The notes under the pieces are model-generated. The model was given only the letters and a program-made list of their open reading frames with translations. It did not search any database and had not been told where the DNA came from. Below are positions 17,240 to 26,903 of a stretch of 64,000 nt of DNA, one piece after another. This stretch comes from a virus: IMG/VR virus record IMGVR_UViG_3300005529_000002, positions 1 to 64,000 of that record; one strand, written 5' to 3'. Both the position numbers and the translations under genes were made by a program. Numbering within the stretch: the stretch's first letter is position 1; every line of letters begins with the position of its first letter.

Positions 17240-18276
17240 GACGCCTCGCCTGCGAGGTCGAATTCGAGCGCCGCCTGGACTGGCCGCTCGCTGTCCGCGA
17301 GAGCAGCCAGGTTCCGCACCGCCTGCCGGTAGTACGACGGCTTGAGCTCGGCCCCGACTCCCCTGCGCTCAAGCTCGACCGCGGCGTATACCTCGCTGCC
17401 GACCCCGGCGAACGGCGAGAACACCGTCTCGCCGGGATTGGTGCGCATGTCAACGAACCGGCGGCTTACGTCGAGCTGGAGCGGGTGGACGTGCTTCTCG
17501 TCCTCCTCGTCGCGCGCCTCGCGGTACGGCAGCACCGCGTCGACGCCGCGGCGGTCGAACTGGCCGAGGTTGCCGCGGATGTCATCCCACACGGCCGAGG
17601 CGTACTGGCGCCACACCCACTGCGAGTAGCGGTTCTCTATCTGGTTCCCGGTCCAGCCGCGGTAACGGAGCACGTCGGCGGGAGGGTGCGCGGCCCCGTG
17701 ATACCGGGTGAAACCGGCCGGGTGGGTGACGGGGACCGGGTTGGGGCCTTGCCTGCGGAACAGCAGCAGCCAGTCCGCTCCGGCGAGCCCGGCGTCCGCA
17801 CAGTCCTCGACGATCGTCTTGTGCGTGAGGTCTTTGACCATCGTCCGGTTGCGGACGGCCAGCGGTTCCTTCCAGATGGCGTGGCGGCCGACATAGTCGA
17901 ACCCGGCGCGCTGGTGCAGCCGGATCACGTCACCGGGGAAGTCCACCAGGGCGTCGCCGCCGGAATTGCCGGTGGGGGTATCCATGCAGTGCACCGCGTT
18001 GAACCGGCCCGGCATCGTCAGCCGGCGCAGCTCGGCGACGAAGTAGCCGTACATCTCGAAGAACTCGCCGTAGCCGCCGGCATTCGACAGGTCCCGCTCG
18101 CTCGAGCTGTACTTGTACAGGCCCGCCCCGCCCGGGCCTTCGTCGCCGTAGGCGAACGGCGGGGAGTAGATCACGCCGTGCATGCACCCGTCCGGGTAGG
18201 CGGCCATGACCTCCATCGCGTCGCCGTTGTGCAGCGCATACCGGTCAGTGATTACCTGGTCTGCTACGCGGCCCAT
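17236..18276 (-). CDS. N4/N6 amino DNA methyltransferase (beta-type motif order)
   Basis: YSPPF catalytic motif before SPFAGVGSE SAM motif; KHVHPLQLD. Confidence 0.88.
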   Translation of the reverse strand: MGRVADQVITDRYALHNGDAMEVMAAYPDGCMHGVIYSPPFAYGDEGPGGAGLYKYSSSERDLSNAGGYGEFFEMYGYFVAELRRLTMPGRFNAVHCMDTPTGNSGGDALVDFPGDVIRLHQRAGFDYVGRHAIWKEPLAVRNRTMVKDLTHKTIVEDCADAGLAGADWLLLFRRQGPNPVPVTHPAGFTRYHGAAHPPADVLRYRGWTGNQIENRYSQWVWRQYASAVWDDIRGNLGQFDRRGVDAVLPYREARDEEDEKHVHPLQLDVSRRFVDMRTNPGETVFSPFAGVGSEVYAAVELERRGVGAELKPSYYRQAVRNLAALADSERPVQAALEFDLAGEAS

Positions 18277-19637
18277 GAGGGCACCTCCACGTCCTTGCCG
18301 TAGCTGGCGCCGCGGGCGACCGCGAGCGCGTCGTGCATGTGCGCCACCAGGGCGGTGAACATCTCGCCGGCCTGAGCAGCCTTGCGCTCGAGGCTGGCCA
18401 GCGCCCGCGCGCCGCCCGGCGTGGTGATCAGGTCCACGGTCACCGGGTGCTGCTGGCCGAACCGCCAGCAGCGGCGCACTGCCTGGTAGGCCTGCTCGTA
18501 GCTGTGGGACGGGAAGTACGTCATCTGGTGGCAGTGCTGCCAGTTCAGGCCCCACGCGCCGAGCGAGGGTTTAGTGACCAGGACCCGGATCTCGCCGCGG
18601 CTGAACGCTGCCAGCCGTTCCTCTTTCACGTCCGGGTCATCGGACCCGGACACCTGCACAGAACCCGGGATCATCCGCTCGAGAAGATCCGCTTCGGCGT
18701 TGAGCTGGCACCAGGCGATCCCCGGGTCCGCGTGCTCGAGCAGAGCAGCCGCCATCTCGCACCGCTCGCGCAGTGACCGGCGCAGCTCGTCGCGTTCCTC
18801 GCGCAGGCCGGTTGCGGGAACATCGAACAGGGTCCCGTCGTCCGAGGGGATACCCGGCTCGGCGACATGCTGGCGGTATTCCAGCGGCGGGAGCTCGAAC
18901 CCGTCATCGCTGAACCCGTAGTCAGACGGCTTGCGCATCGCCCGGGACCAGGACGCGAGCCAGCACCAGAACGGCTCCGCGGCGTGCCCGCGGAACCGCC
19001 AGGTGCGGGTCTCCCCGAGGTACCCGCGCCCGGTGGCACCGGACTTCGCCTCGTTGACGAAGAACCTGCTCAGCATGTCGGTGTAGCCGAGGTAGCCGAG
19101 GGCCTCGCTTGAGGTGCCCAGCTCGGTGTAGTCGTTCGGCGCCGCGGTGGCGGTGGCCAGCAGCCGGTACGGCATCTTGCGCAGGAAGTCCGTGACGGCC
19201 GCGCGGCGTACTCCGTCGAAGGCCTTGATCGCGCTGGACTCGTCGCAGACGACGCCGCCGAAGTCGCCGCGGTCGAACCGGTGCAGCCGCTCGTAGTTCG
19301 CGACAGTGACGGGTGCGGTCACCCGCCCGTCCCGCGAGATGGCGGCCTCGACGCCGAACTTGGCGGCCTCAGCCTCCATCTGGAACGTAACTGCCAGCGG
19401 GGTCAGCAGCAGGACGGGCCTGCCGGTGTGCTGGTGCACGTTCTGCGCCCAGACAAGCTCCTGAGCCGACTTTCCCAGGCCGCAGTCCTCGAACAGCGCG
19501 CCGCGGCCCTGCCGGATGGCCCAGTCCGTCATCAGGCGCTGGAACGGGAACAGGAAGTCCGGCAGCCACAGCGGCTCGAAACCGGCCCGCTCGTCAGCCT
19601 GCGCGCGGTGCTCGAGAAACTCGGCGTAGCTGGTCAC
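18264..19637 (-). CDS. SNF2-like SF2 helicase
   Basis: DCGLGKS, CDESS, TATAAPND and QAVRRCWRFGQ. Confidence 0.88.
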   Translation of the reverse strand: MTSYAEFLEHRAQADERAGFEPLWLPDFLFPFQRLMTDWAIRQGRGALFEDCGLGKSAQELVWAQNVHQHTGRPVLLLTPLAVTFQMEAEAAKFGVEAAISRDGRVTAPVTVANYERLHRFDRGDFGGVVCDESSAIKAFDGVRRAAVTDFLRKMPYRLLATATAAPNDYTELGTSSEALGYLGYTDMLSRFFVNEAKSGATGRGYLGETRTWRFRGHAAEPFWCWLASWSRAMRKPSDYGFSDDGFELPPLEYRQHVAEPGIPSDDGTLFDVPATGLREERDELRRSLRERCEMAAALLEHADPGIAWCQLNAEADLLERMIPGSVQVSGSDDPDVKEERLAAFSRGEIRVLVTKPSLGAWGLNWQHCHQMTYFPSHSYEQAYQAVRRCWRFGQQHPVTVDLITTPGGARALASLERKAAQAGEMFTALVAHMHDALAVARGASYGKDVEVPSWAA

Positions 19638-19719
19638 GACGCCTCCGCTTCGTCCTGCCGGGTCAGGCCCAGCAGGTCCCTTGCCTTAGCCGCTCCCCGG
19701 CGTGCCGTGTCCGGGCGGG

Positions 19720-19920
19720 TCATGCGGCACTCTCCTGCCGCGGCCAGTTCGCGGAGGCCGCGTCCCACCACGTCGTCCACCGGTGGCCCCGGCCGCAGTC
19801 GTAGTCGGCGCGGAGGCTTGATGCGCAGGCCGGGTCGGGCGCGACCGCGTGCGGGAGGCTGGCCGGGAAGTCGCCGATGCGGCAGCGAGGGCAGCAGTCG
19901 GCCAGGGCGGAGGCGGTCAT
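19720..19920 (-). CDS. Small Zn-ribbon hypothetical protein
   Basis: DCCPRC..YDCGRGHRWTTWW. Confidence 0.55.
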   Translation of the reverse strand: MTASALADCCPRCRIGDFPASLPHAVAPDPACASSLRADYDCGRGHRWTTWWDAASANWPRQESAA

Positions 19921-21275
19921 GCGACCTGCGCGGGGTAGGCCAGCTCGTCCTGCTCCGGGCGGTACATCTCGCCGCACATCGCATAATGGCCGCGGAACGC
20001 GAGCGTCGCCGTCCCGTTCGGCCCTGACCTGTTCTTGGCCACGATGAGGTCGATCTCGCCCGCGCGGGCTGTCTCCTGCTCGTAGGCGTCCTCGCGGTAG
20101 AGCAGGATCACGACATCAGAGTCCTGCTCGACCGAACCCGAGTCGCGGAGGTCGGCGGGCAGCGGCCGGTGGTCGGTGCGCATCTCGGGGCCGCGGTTGA
20201 GCTGGCTGCCGACGAGGATCGGCACCTTGAATTCCTTGGCCAGCAGCTTGAGCCCGCGGGAGATCTCCGATACTTCCCGTTCCCGGTTCGCCGCCTTGCC
20301 GGTCTTGCCCATCAGCCCGAGGTAGTCGACGACGACCAGTTCGGCGGGGTATCCGGCGCGGCTCATGGCGCGCAGGTCCGAGCGGATGGTCTGCACGCTC
20401 ATGTACGGGTCGTCGTCGATCATCAGGCTCCCCGCAGCCGTCAGCCGCGGGTACGCTCCGGCGATCCGGTCCCAGTCGCGGTCATCGAGCAGCCGGGCGC
20501 GGATTTTCCGCAGGTCGACGGTCGCCTCGTAGGCGAGGATGCGCTCGATGCACTCCGCGGCGGACATCTCCAGCGTGCACACCAGGACGGGCCGGCTGAA
20601 CGTCACCCCGATGCGGACTGCGATATTCAGCATCACCACGCTCTTGCCCATGCCGGGCCTCCCGCCGACTGTGATCATCTCGCCGGGGCGGAAGCCAGGC
20701 ACGAGATCGTCGAGGGCCGACCAGCCGGACGTGACCGCCCGGACCTGGTCCGGGCCTTTCTGGAGCGAGTCCAGGACCGGGCCGACCAGGTCCGCGACGC
20801 TCCGGGCACCTCCGGGGGCCACGGTCCCGGCCGCCCCGTCGAGGATCTTGTACGCGGCGTCCACCAGCTCGGCCAGGCCGGCGCCGCCCGTGAGAGCGGC
20901 CTGGCGGATGCGGGCGCCGGCCTCGGCGAGCTTCCACCTGACCGCGCACTCCCGGACACGCTCCGCATACCATCCGGCGCTGCCCGCGCTCGGGACGCAG
21001 GCCACGAGGGTATGGAGGTACTCGGCACGGCCGGTTTTCAGCAGCGTCCCGCGCTGCTCCAACTCGGCCTTGACGATGACCGGGTCAGCGGGCTCGCCGC
21101 GGTCGGCAATCGCCTTGAGGGCCGCGAAAATCTCCTGGTGGGCGGGCCGGGAGAAGTAATCCGGCTCGAGGATTTCCAGGCAGGATGCCAGCGCCCCCGC
21201 GGACAGCATCATCGACCCGAGGGCCGCCTGCTCAGCCGTGATGTCGCGCGGGATGCCAAGCTCGTCGTCGCTCAC
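19917..21275 (-). CDS. dnaB: Replicative DNA helicase
   Basis: AEQAALG N-domain, GGRPGMGKS, VDYLGL, SQLNR and DLRDSGSVEQD. Confidence 0.95.
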   Translation of the reverse strand: MSDDELGIPRDITAEQAALGSMMLSAGALASCLEILEPDYFSRPAHQEIFAALKAIADRGEPADPVIVKAELEQRGTLLKTGRAEYLHTLVACVPSAGSAGWYAERVRECAVRWKLAEAGARIRQAALTGGAGLAELVDAAYKILDGAAGTVAPGGARSVADLVGPVLDSLQKGPDQVRAVTSGWSALDDLVPGFRPGEMITVGGRPGMGKSVVMLNIAVRIGVTFSRPVLVCTLEMSAAECIERILAYEATVDLRKIRARLLDDRDWDRIAGAYPRLTAAGSLMIDDDPYMSVQTIRSDLRAMSRAGYPAELVVVDYLGLMGKTGKAANREREVSEISRGLKLLAKEFKVPILVGSQLNRGPEMRTDHRPLPADLRDSGSVEQDSDVVILLYREDAYEQETARAGEIDLIVAKNRSGPNGTATLAFRGHYAMCGEMYRPEQDELAYPAQVA

Positions 21276-22918
21276 CGCGATGGCCTCCGTAGCTTGCGGA
21301 TGTTCTTCGCGGCGTAGTGCGCGGTCATCATGTCCGAGGCGGCACCGCGGGTGATCCCGGCGAGCTTGCCCGCGTATCCCATCCGCTCCAGGGCGGACAC
21401 CTGGGACTCGCTCGGCGGCCGGTTCCGCCAGGCGGCGTCTGAGCGGGACAGGACGCCGCCCTGAGCCCTGGCGATCTCCTCGCCGACGCCGCGTGCCCAG
21501 TCGAGCGCCAGCGGCTTGCCCGATTCCCGGTACAGCGCCTGGCCTTTAGCCGACCGCCACACATCCCAGTTCCCGGCACCGTCATCGGCGGGTACCAGGA
21601 TCATCACCTGGTCGGGTCCGGCAGGCAGCACCCACGCGCCCTCGACCTCAAGCCATCGCAGCTCGCTGCGCCGCAGCAGCTCGATCTGCCGCGTGCGCGC
21701 CGCGGCGACGGCCATCTTCTGCTTATCGAACGCCGCCTGCTCCTCGGCGGCGTCGAGAAGCGACTTTCCCTTCTTGACCGAGCCGGGCGGCATCCCGGCG
21801 AGGTCGGCGATGGTGGCGAGGCCCGGTTCGGCGGACCCGGCCAGGTCCAGGATGAGCGCGCCGTCCTTGGTGTACGGCTTGCCGTCCAGCGTGCCGATGA
21901 AGGGCCGCAGGACCCGGCCGGCCATCTGGATGAACAGCGGCGCCGATTTGGTGGGCCGCAGCATCAGCGCGCAGGACACGGCCGGCTCGTCCCAGCCTTC
22001 GGTGAGGACCGCGCAGTTCGCGACGACGCGGGTCTCGCCGCGGTGCAGCCGGGCCAGGACGGCGCGGCGCTCGTCGCCCGGCATCTTCCCGTCGACCGCT
22101 TCGGCGGGGAGGCCCTTGGCGCTGAACGCCTTCGCCAGTGCGTGCGCGGTCGCGATGGTCGGCGTGAACGCGACGGCGAGACGCCCGTCCGCGTACTGCC
22201 GGTACGCCTTCACCGCAGCGTTGAGCGCGTCGGAGCGCTCCAGTTCGGCGCCGATCGAGGAATCGGTGTAGTCACCCGCGCGGACCTGGACGTTGCCGAG
22301 GTTGAAGTCCGTGCCGATCTGCATCGCGCGGACATCGCAGAGGTAGCCTTCGGCGATCATCTGGACGATGCCGCGCTGGTAGGTGATCTCCTGCCAGACC
22401 GCGCCGAGGCCGACCTTGTCGCTCCGTCCGGCTGTCGCCGTGAACCCGGCCGTCAGCGGGCCGGATGCGCCCATGCAGCCCAGGCGGTCCAGGACATCCA
22501 TGTAGGTGCTGGCGACCGCGTGATGGGCCTCGTCCACGATGACCGTCGAGAAGACGCCGAGCCGTTCCACCCGGCCGGGACGGCACAGTGTCTGGACGGA
22601 CGCGACGATGACCGGGGCGTCACAGTCATCCTGCTTCGCCTTCACGATGCCGATGTCCAGTGACCCGCTGACTTGCGCGAGCTTGGCCGCGGCCTGCTGG
22701 ATCAGCTCATCGCGGTGCGCCAGGATCAGCGCCCGGCCGCCGCGGCGGGTCACCAGGTGCGCGAATACCACCGTCTTGCCACCGCCTGTAGGAAGGACGA
22801 CGAGCTGGCGGTCCACGCCCCGCGCATAGGCAGCGGCGATGGCGTCAAGCGCCTGGACCTGGTACTGGCGCGGCCGGAGCGCGGTGCCGGGCATCTCGAG
22901 TTCGAGCGTCGTCGTCAT
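21272..22918 (-). CDS. DEAH-box SF2 helicase
   Basis: LPTGGGKT, VDEAHH, GFTAT, LTEGWD and QMAGRVLR. Confidence 0.92.
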   Translation of the reverse strand: MTTTLELEMPGTALRPRQYQVQALDAIAAAYARGVDRQLVVLPTGGGKTVVFAHLVTRRGGRALILAHRDELIQQAAAKLAQVSGSLDIGIVKAKQDDCDAPVIVASVQTLCRPGRVERLGVFSTVIVDEAHHAVASTYMDVLDRLGCMGASGPLTAGFTATAGRSDKVGLGAVWQEITYQRGIVQMIAEGYLCDVRAMQIGTDFNLGNVQVRAGDYTDSSIGAELERSDALNAAVKAYRQYADGRLAVAFTPTIATAHALAKAFSAKGLPAEAVDGKMPGDERRAVLARLHRGETRVVANCAVLTEGWDEPAVSCALMLRPTKSAPLFIQMAGRVLRPFIGTLDGKPYTKDGALILDLAGSAEPGLATIADLAGMPPGSVKKGKSLLDAAEEQAAFDKQKMAVAAARTRQIELLRRSELRWLEVEGAWVLPAGPDQVMILVPADDGAGNWDVWRSAKGQALYRESGKPLALDWARGVGEEIARAQGGVLSRSDAAWRNRPPSESQVSALERMGYAGKLAGITRGAASDMMTAHYAAKNIRKLRRPSR

Positions 22919-23490
22919 CCTTCCGCCCTCCGCCTGTCGGGTCCGCGGAGGGTGACTTGCCGGCACATCTCGGCGAGGCGGGACGCGACACGGGCACCGA
23001 GGGTGCCGCGGAGTTCGGCTGCGGGGACGTTGGAGGTGAACAGGCCGGGCAGCATCGCCTCGTAGCGGTCGTTGACGAGCCGGTAGAGGATTTCCTCGGT
23101 CCATTCGCTGCCTTTTGCCGCGCCGAGGTCGTCGAGCAGCAGCAGCGGGACCGCGGAAATCTTGCGGTACTCGGCTTCGGCGTCGGTGCCTTCACGCGGG
23201 CGGAGGCTGGCGAACAGGCCGGGCGCGGTGTCCGCGTGCCAGGCGACCGTGGCACCTTCCGCGGCGAGGCTGCGGATAGCGCCGAACGCCTGGTAGGTCT
23301 TGCCGGTCCCGGTCGGCCCGAGGATCAGCAGCGACGAGGAGGACGGCCCGAACTCCTTGCACCATGCGGCGATGCCGGGATGGGTCGCGGTGGCGTGGCG
23401 GAACCGGGGCGGGATGCGCCGGTCGGTCATCTCAATGGCCCGCTGAAGGAATCCTTCGCGGGTCGAGACATCGTACGGCGGGGAGGTCAT
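22915..23490 (-). CDS. DnaC/IstB-like ATPase (helicase loader)
   Basis: GPTGTGKT, LLLDDLG, TSN and RVASRL. Confidence 0.9.
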   Translation of the reverse strand: MTSPPYDVSTREGFLQRAIEMTDRRIPPRFRHATATHPGIAAWCKEFGPSSSSLLILGPTGTGKTYQAFGAIRSLAAEGATVAWHADTAPGLFASLRPREGTDAEAEYRKISAVPLLLLDDLGAAKGSEWTEEILYRLVNDRYEAMLPGLFTSNVPAAELRGTLGARVASRLAEMCRQVTLRGPDRRRAEG

Positions 23491-24314
23491 CAGAGTTTCT
23501 CCTCGTAAGCCGAATCCGGGGGGTTCTGGTATGGCTGGTGACCGGGTTTGACGGCACCGGGCGCGGCGTCTTTGCGTACCTGGACGGCGAGGTCGTTCCA
23601 TTCGCCGGTCCCCATGCGGTAGGCGGACTTGATCAGCTCCTCGATGCCGAATCCGTCAGCGAGGAGGGCGCGGGCCTGCTTGCCGACCCTGGCCCGCAGG
23701 CTTGACGGGGGCGGGGGCTGGCCGGAGCTGACCGCTCCGTCGACGTAGGAGGCGACGACGTCGCCGACGTGCTTGGCGCGTTCAGGGTCCTCGGCTTGGC
23801 CGGAGCGACGCGGCTTGTCCGCGTCCGGCGTAGCCGGAACTCCTGTCTCCTGTCTCCTGTCTCCAACCGCCCGCGCGCGAGGATCGCGCTCGTCTGCGGA
23901 ATCGTTCCGCGCTCGTTCCGCGATTGAGTGCGGAATCGTTCCGCGATTGAGTGCGGAATCGTTCCGCGACTGTTCTTCGCTCGATGACGGCGACGGCAGG
24001 ATGCTCGCCTGGGGCTTGGAGATGCGCTGATGCTTGGACCAGTTGGGGAAGTAGGCGTATTCAACGCCGTTGACCTGGTAGATCACCGTAAATCCCGTCC
24101 TGGCGATCTCGTCGCGCCACTGGCGGACGGTGCCTGGCTTGAGATCATCGGCGGGGAAGACGTCACCGGCAAGCTTCGCGACAGACGCGAACAGGCGTCC
24201 CTCGTCGTCGGCATGGGAGATCATGCCGAGTGCCAGCAGGCGAGCGTCCCTGGACAGGGAAATGAACTTCTCGTCGGTCCATATCGACGGCTTGATGCTC
24301 CGGATCCGCGCCAT
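23490..24314 (-). CDS. Phage replication initiator
   Basis: MARIRSIKPSIWTDEK..ADDEGR..FPNWSKHQRI; directly upstream of the loader and helicase; internal repeats. Confidence 0.8.
   Translation of the reverse strand: MARIRSIKPSIWTDEKFISLSRDARLLALGMISHADDEGRLFASVAKLAGDVFPADDLKPGTVRQWRDEIARTGFTVIYQVNGVEYAYFPNWSKHQRISKPQASILPSPSSSEEQSRNDSALNRGTIPHSIAERARNDSADERDPRARAVGDRRQETGVPATPDADKPRRSGQAEDPERAKHVGDVVASYVDGAVSSGQPPPPSSLRARVGKQARALLADGFGIEELIKSAYRMGTGEWNDLAVQVRKDAAPGAVKPGHQPYQNPPDSAYEEKL
23841..23968. repeat. Iteron cluster, probable replication origin
   Basis: TGCGGAATCGTTCCGCG at 23895, 23929 and 23952 plus a half copy; (TCCTGTC)x3 at 23841. Confidence 0.7.
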
Positions 24315-24492
24315 AACGCACCCCGCCGCGCCCTTGAAACGAGCATCCGGCCGCTGCGTATTCGGCCGTGCATGCCCGCCTGCTCGCCGTTGACGCCGTT
24401 GCGGGGACGCCGGGGGACGGGCACTGGGCGCCTTCTTCCTGTGCTCGGTGCGGATGTTGTTCACGTGCTGTACCTGCTAAGTTCCGGACAGT

Positions 24493-24532
24493 CCCGGCGC
24501 GCTCATCGGCAACTGCCGATGAGCGCGCCGGG
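24493..24532. terminator. Perfect 18-bp-stem hairpin
   Basis: CCCGGCGCGCTCATCGGC-AACT-GCCGATGAGCGCGCCGGG. Confidence 0.6.
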
Positions 24533-24545
24533 GGAAGGGCTGATG

Positions 24546-25151
24546 TCAGGCGACTTCTTCGACGATGAGGCGACGGAGTGCGCCTGCCTTGCTGCCGTCC
24601 GTCCGGGTCTCGCCGAGGAGGCCGACGACCCACCAGCGCTCGCCATCCCATTGCGACGGCACCCATGAGGCGTGGAGGGCGTGCTGGGAGCACAGCCGCA
24701 GCGGGCCGGGGACTTCCTGGATGAGGCCGGGGCGGGCTGGATCGGCCATGGTGCGTCCGCCGTTAGCGGACTGGCCGTCCGTACCGGACCGCCACCATCC
24801 CAGGGAGACGGTCTCACCGGCCTCGACGGCTGCGGCCACCAGAGGGTGCGACAGGTAGGCCGACAAGGCGCCGTCGCCGTCGCCGTAGCCGTAGCCGTAG
24901 CCGTAGCCGGAGCCGGAGCCGGAGCCGTCGCCGGAGCCGGAGCCGGAGCCGGAGCCGTAGCCGTAGCCGTAGCCGTAGCCGTAGCCGTAGCCGTCGCCGG
25001 AGCCGGAGCCGTCGCCGTCGCCGGAGCCGGAGCCGGAGCCGGAGCCGTCGCCGTCGCCGTCGCCGTAGCCGGAGCCGTCGCCGGAGCCGGAGCCGGAGCC
25101 GGAGCCGTCGCCGTCGCCGTCGCCGGTTAGGACCAGGGCCTGCCCTGCCAC
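24546..25151 (-). CDS. Gly-X (GD/GS/GY) dipeptide-repeat protein
   Basis: About 42 GX repeats followed by a folded C-domain (PLRLCSQHALHAS..WWVVGL.GE). Confidence 0.75.
   Translation of the reverse strand: MAGQALVLTGDGDGDGSGSGSGSGDGSGYGDGDGDGSGSGSGSGDGDGSGSGDGYGYGYGYGYGYGSGSGSGSGDGSGSGSGYGYGYGYGDGDGALSAYLSHPLVAAAVEAGETVSLGWWRSGTDGQSANGGRTMADPARPGLIQEVPGPLRLCSQHALHASWVPSQWDGERWWVVGLLGETRTDGSKAGALRRLIVEEVA
24870..25124. repeat. Hexamer microsatellite (GCCGTC/GCCGGA/GCCGTA)
   Basis: About 42 units, within the CDS. Confidence 0.9.
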
Positions 25152-25417
25152 TGCTTCACCGCCTCCTCCGTCGCGTCGATGACGGAGGTCACGTCCTGCA
25201 ATGTGATCCGGGGCACGGGCCGGGTCACCTTGGATGTCCGCGACGGGCCGTCAGAGGCGAGCCCCAGCACGCCACGGACATCCGAGGACCAGTAGACGCA
25301 CATCTGCGCGTCGGCCAGCTCGACGGTCTTGCCCGCACGGTCCCCCGCGAGCAGGCCGAAGAACACCCCGCGGTGAGCAGTCGTCACCACGACCGGGGCG
25401 GCTTGATTAGCTGTCAT
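25127..25417 (-). CDS. DUF6948-like protein
   Basis: VVVTTAHRGVFFG..L.DAQMCVYWS..GVLGLASDGP; a family usually found next to GYG-repeat genes. Confidence 0.7.
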   Translation of the reverse strand: MTANQAAPVVVTTAHRGVFFGLLAGDRAGKTVELADAQMCVYWSSDVRGVLGLASDGPSRTSKVTRPVPRITLQDVTSVIDATEEAVKQWQGRPWS

Positions 25418-25472
25418 CGATACGTTTCCCTTCCAAGGTAGCTTTCTTACTTCACGAACTGAGTTCATGATA

Positions 25473-26117
25473 TCAGACCACGCACCTATCCCGTATAGTG
25501 GGTTCGTGACCGCAATGCTTGAACATGAGACACTGACTGACATGGCCATGGACGAAGAGACGCGGCAGGGCCTTGCCGAGGCGGCCGATAACGTGCTGCA
25601 CGGACCCGAACGGCTCAAGGCGTGGATTGTCAGGGCGGCCAGGGAGGGCGACAAGCCTGCGGACATCCACAAGGTGATCCATCCGGCCTACACCTACGAC
25701 TACGTTGCGGCGCTCGTGCGGACTGACCGCAAAGCCAATCCCGGCGAGTACCAGCGCGCAGCGAACCCGGGCACGCCAGAGCCGTCCGAGACCTCCCCGG
25801 ACGGCACCTGACGCCTCGCTCCGGCTCACCACGGCATCACCTCGGCCGCACGTACTGCACGTGAACCCGGCCGGGGGTACCTCGTCGCAGACTTCGCATG
25901 CAGGTGCGGTCAGGAGCACCGGCACCTGTATCCCGACAGCGTCAGCGATGCCGATGATCGAGCTGAGGGTGACGTTCCGGCCTGACTCGATCTGCCGCAC
26001 AGCCTCGCGGGAAATCCCGATCCGGCGGCCCATCTCATCAAGAGACCAGTTCCGCGCCTCGCGCTCGCGTCTTGCCCTCCGGCCGAACCAGGCGGGTACG
26101 TCCGGGCGGCCGGTCAC
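25473..26117 (-). CDS. XRE HTH + CxxC Zn-finger protein (ORF reads on antisense through the divergent gene)
   Basis: RREREARNWSLDEMGRRIGISREAVRQIESG..CEVC..CSTC; credible sequence ends near 25835. Confidence 0.6.
   Translation of the reverse strand: MTGRPDVPAWFGRRARREREARNWSLDEMGRRIGISREAVRQIESGRNVTLSSIIGIADAVGIQVPVLLTAPACEVCDEVPPAGFTCSTCGRGDAVVSRSEASGAVRGGLGRLWRARVRCALVLAGIGFAVSPHERRNVVVGVGRMDHLVDVRRLVALPGRPDNPRLEPFGSVQHVIGRLGKALPRLFVHGHVSQCLMFKHCGHEPTIRDRCVV
25515..25811 (+). CDS. Small divergent putative regulator
   Basis: RLKAWIVRAAREGDKPADIHKVI..YTYDYVAALVR (HTH-like); upstream near-palindrome at 25452-25470. Confidence 0.55.
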   Translation: MLEHETLTDMAMDEETRQGLAEAADNVLHGPERLKAWIVRAAREGDKPADIHKVIHPAYTYDYVAALVRTDRKANPGEYQRAANPGTPEPSETSPDGT

Positions 26118-26311
26118 GCTGTCTCTCCCCTCGCTGCGATCTCTGACGGCAGGAGCGTCTCGTCCAGCGGGTACAGCTCCATCTGGGTGAAGGACGGCAC
26201 CGGGCGGGGACGGAACAGCACGCACCCGCAGCCCGGCCGTGAGCACGGCTGCCAGCGTGCCCTGGCCATGTCATGGCGCTCCAGGGGATCGGTGCAGAGG
26301 CAGGTCGTCAC
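26114..26311 (-). CDS. Small Cys-rich hypothetical protein
   Basis: TCLC..H..PCSRPGCGC..F. Confidence 0.55.
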   Translation of the reverse strand: MTTCLCTDPLERHDMARARWQPCSRPGCGCVLFRPRPVPSFTQMELYPLDETLLPSEIAARGETA

Positions 26312-26364
26312 AGCACCTCCGCGATCGCGCGGCCGAGCCAGTTCGCCACGTTCGCACTGACCGC
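26308..26364 (-). pseudogene. Orphaned former C-terminus of the C5 methyltransferase
   Basis: Encodes AVSANVANWLGRAIAEVL*, paralogous to AVSCNVAHFLGKAIAAVL* at 26904-26960. Confidence 0.85.
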
Positions 26365-26870
26365 TACAGCGCCGCAAGCACCTCGTCGCGGTAGTGCTCG
26401 ACAATAAATGAGACGAGATCCTCGACGCGCTGGCCCGATGGCTGTTGGGTCATCCAGAGTTCGAGATTGTCCGGGCGGTTGTCCAGCGTCCTGCCATTTC
26501 GGTGATGAACTTGCTCCCATGGCCATAGGGCACGCCCGAGCACCTGGCTCATCACCCAGCGATGCTCTAGCATCGCTTTTCCGTTGACTAGAACCGTGCG
26601 GTATTTCGGAGTGCCTCGTGAGCGGGACGAGCAGGACCGTGAGCAGTATTTCTGCTGATGAAACCTGCCGGACGCCATGTTCGGCCCTCGGCCGAACGAC
26701 CTGCCGCAGTGCGCACAGGTTTTCTCGGTCAAGAAGGGGACTGCAGGGTCGCGACGAAAGCAAATCACCGAGCAAAATCGCTGCCGAGAAAACTGCTTTA
26801 GCGAGATCTTCGGGAGCTTCAGGAAGCTTTTCTGGCATCGCTCGCATTGCCGCATTGGCGGGGTGGTCAT
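26364..26870 (-). mobile_element. Free-standing HNH homing endonuclease
   Basis: Two CxxC..(F/Y)CS..C repeats, then LEHRWVM..EQVHHRNG..LDNRPDNLELW; lower GC than flanks. Confidence 0.88.
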
Positions 26871-26903
26871 AAATAAATTCTCGCAGATGGGTCTGACATT
26901 TCA

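Noticed and set aside
24870-25124. Non-coding microsatellite, or the plus-strand (AV/AG)n ORF 24672-25130
   Set aside because: The minus-strand Gly-X frame fits the operon direction, has an RBS and continues into a folded domain.
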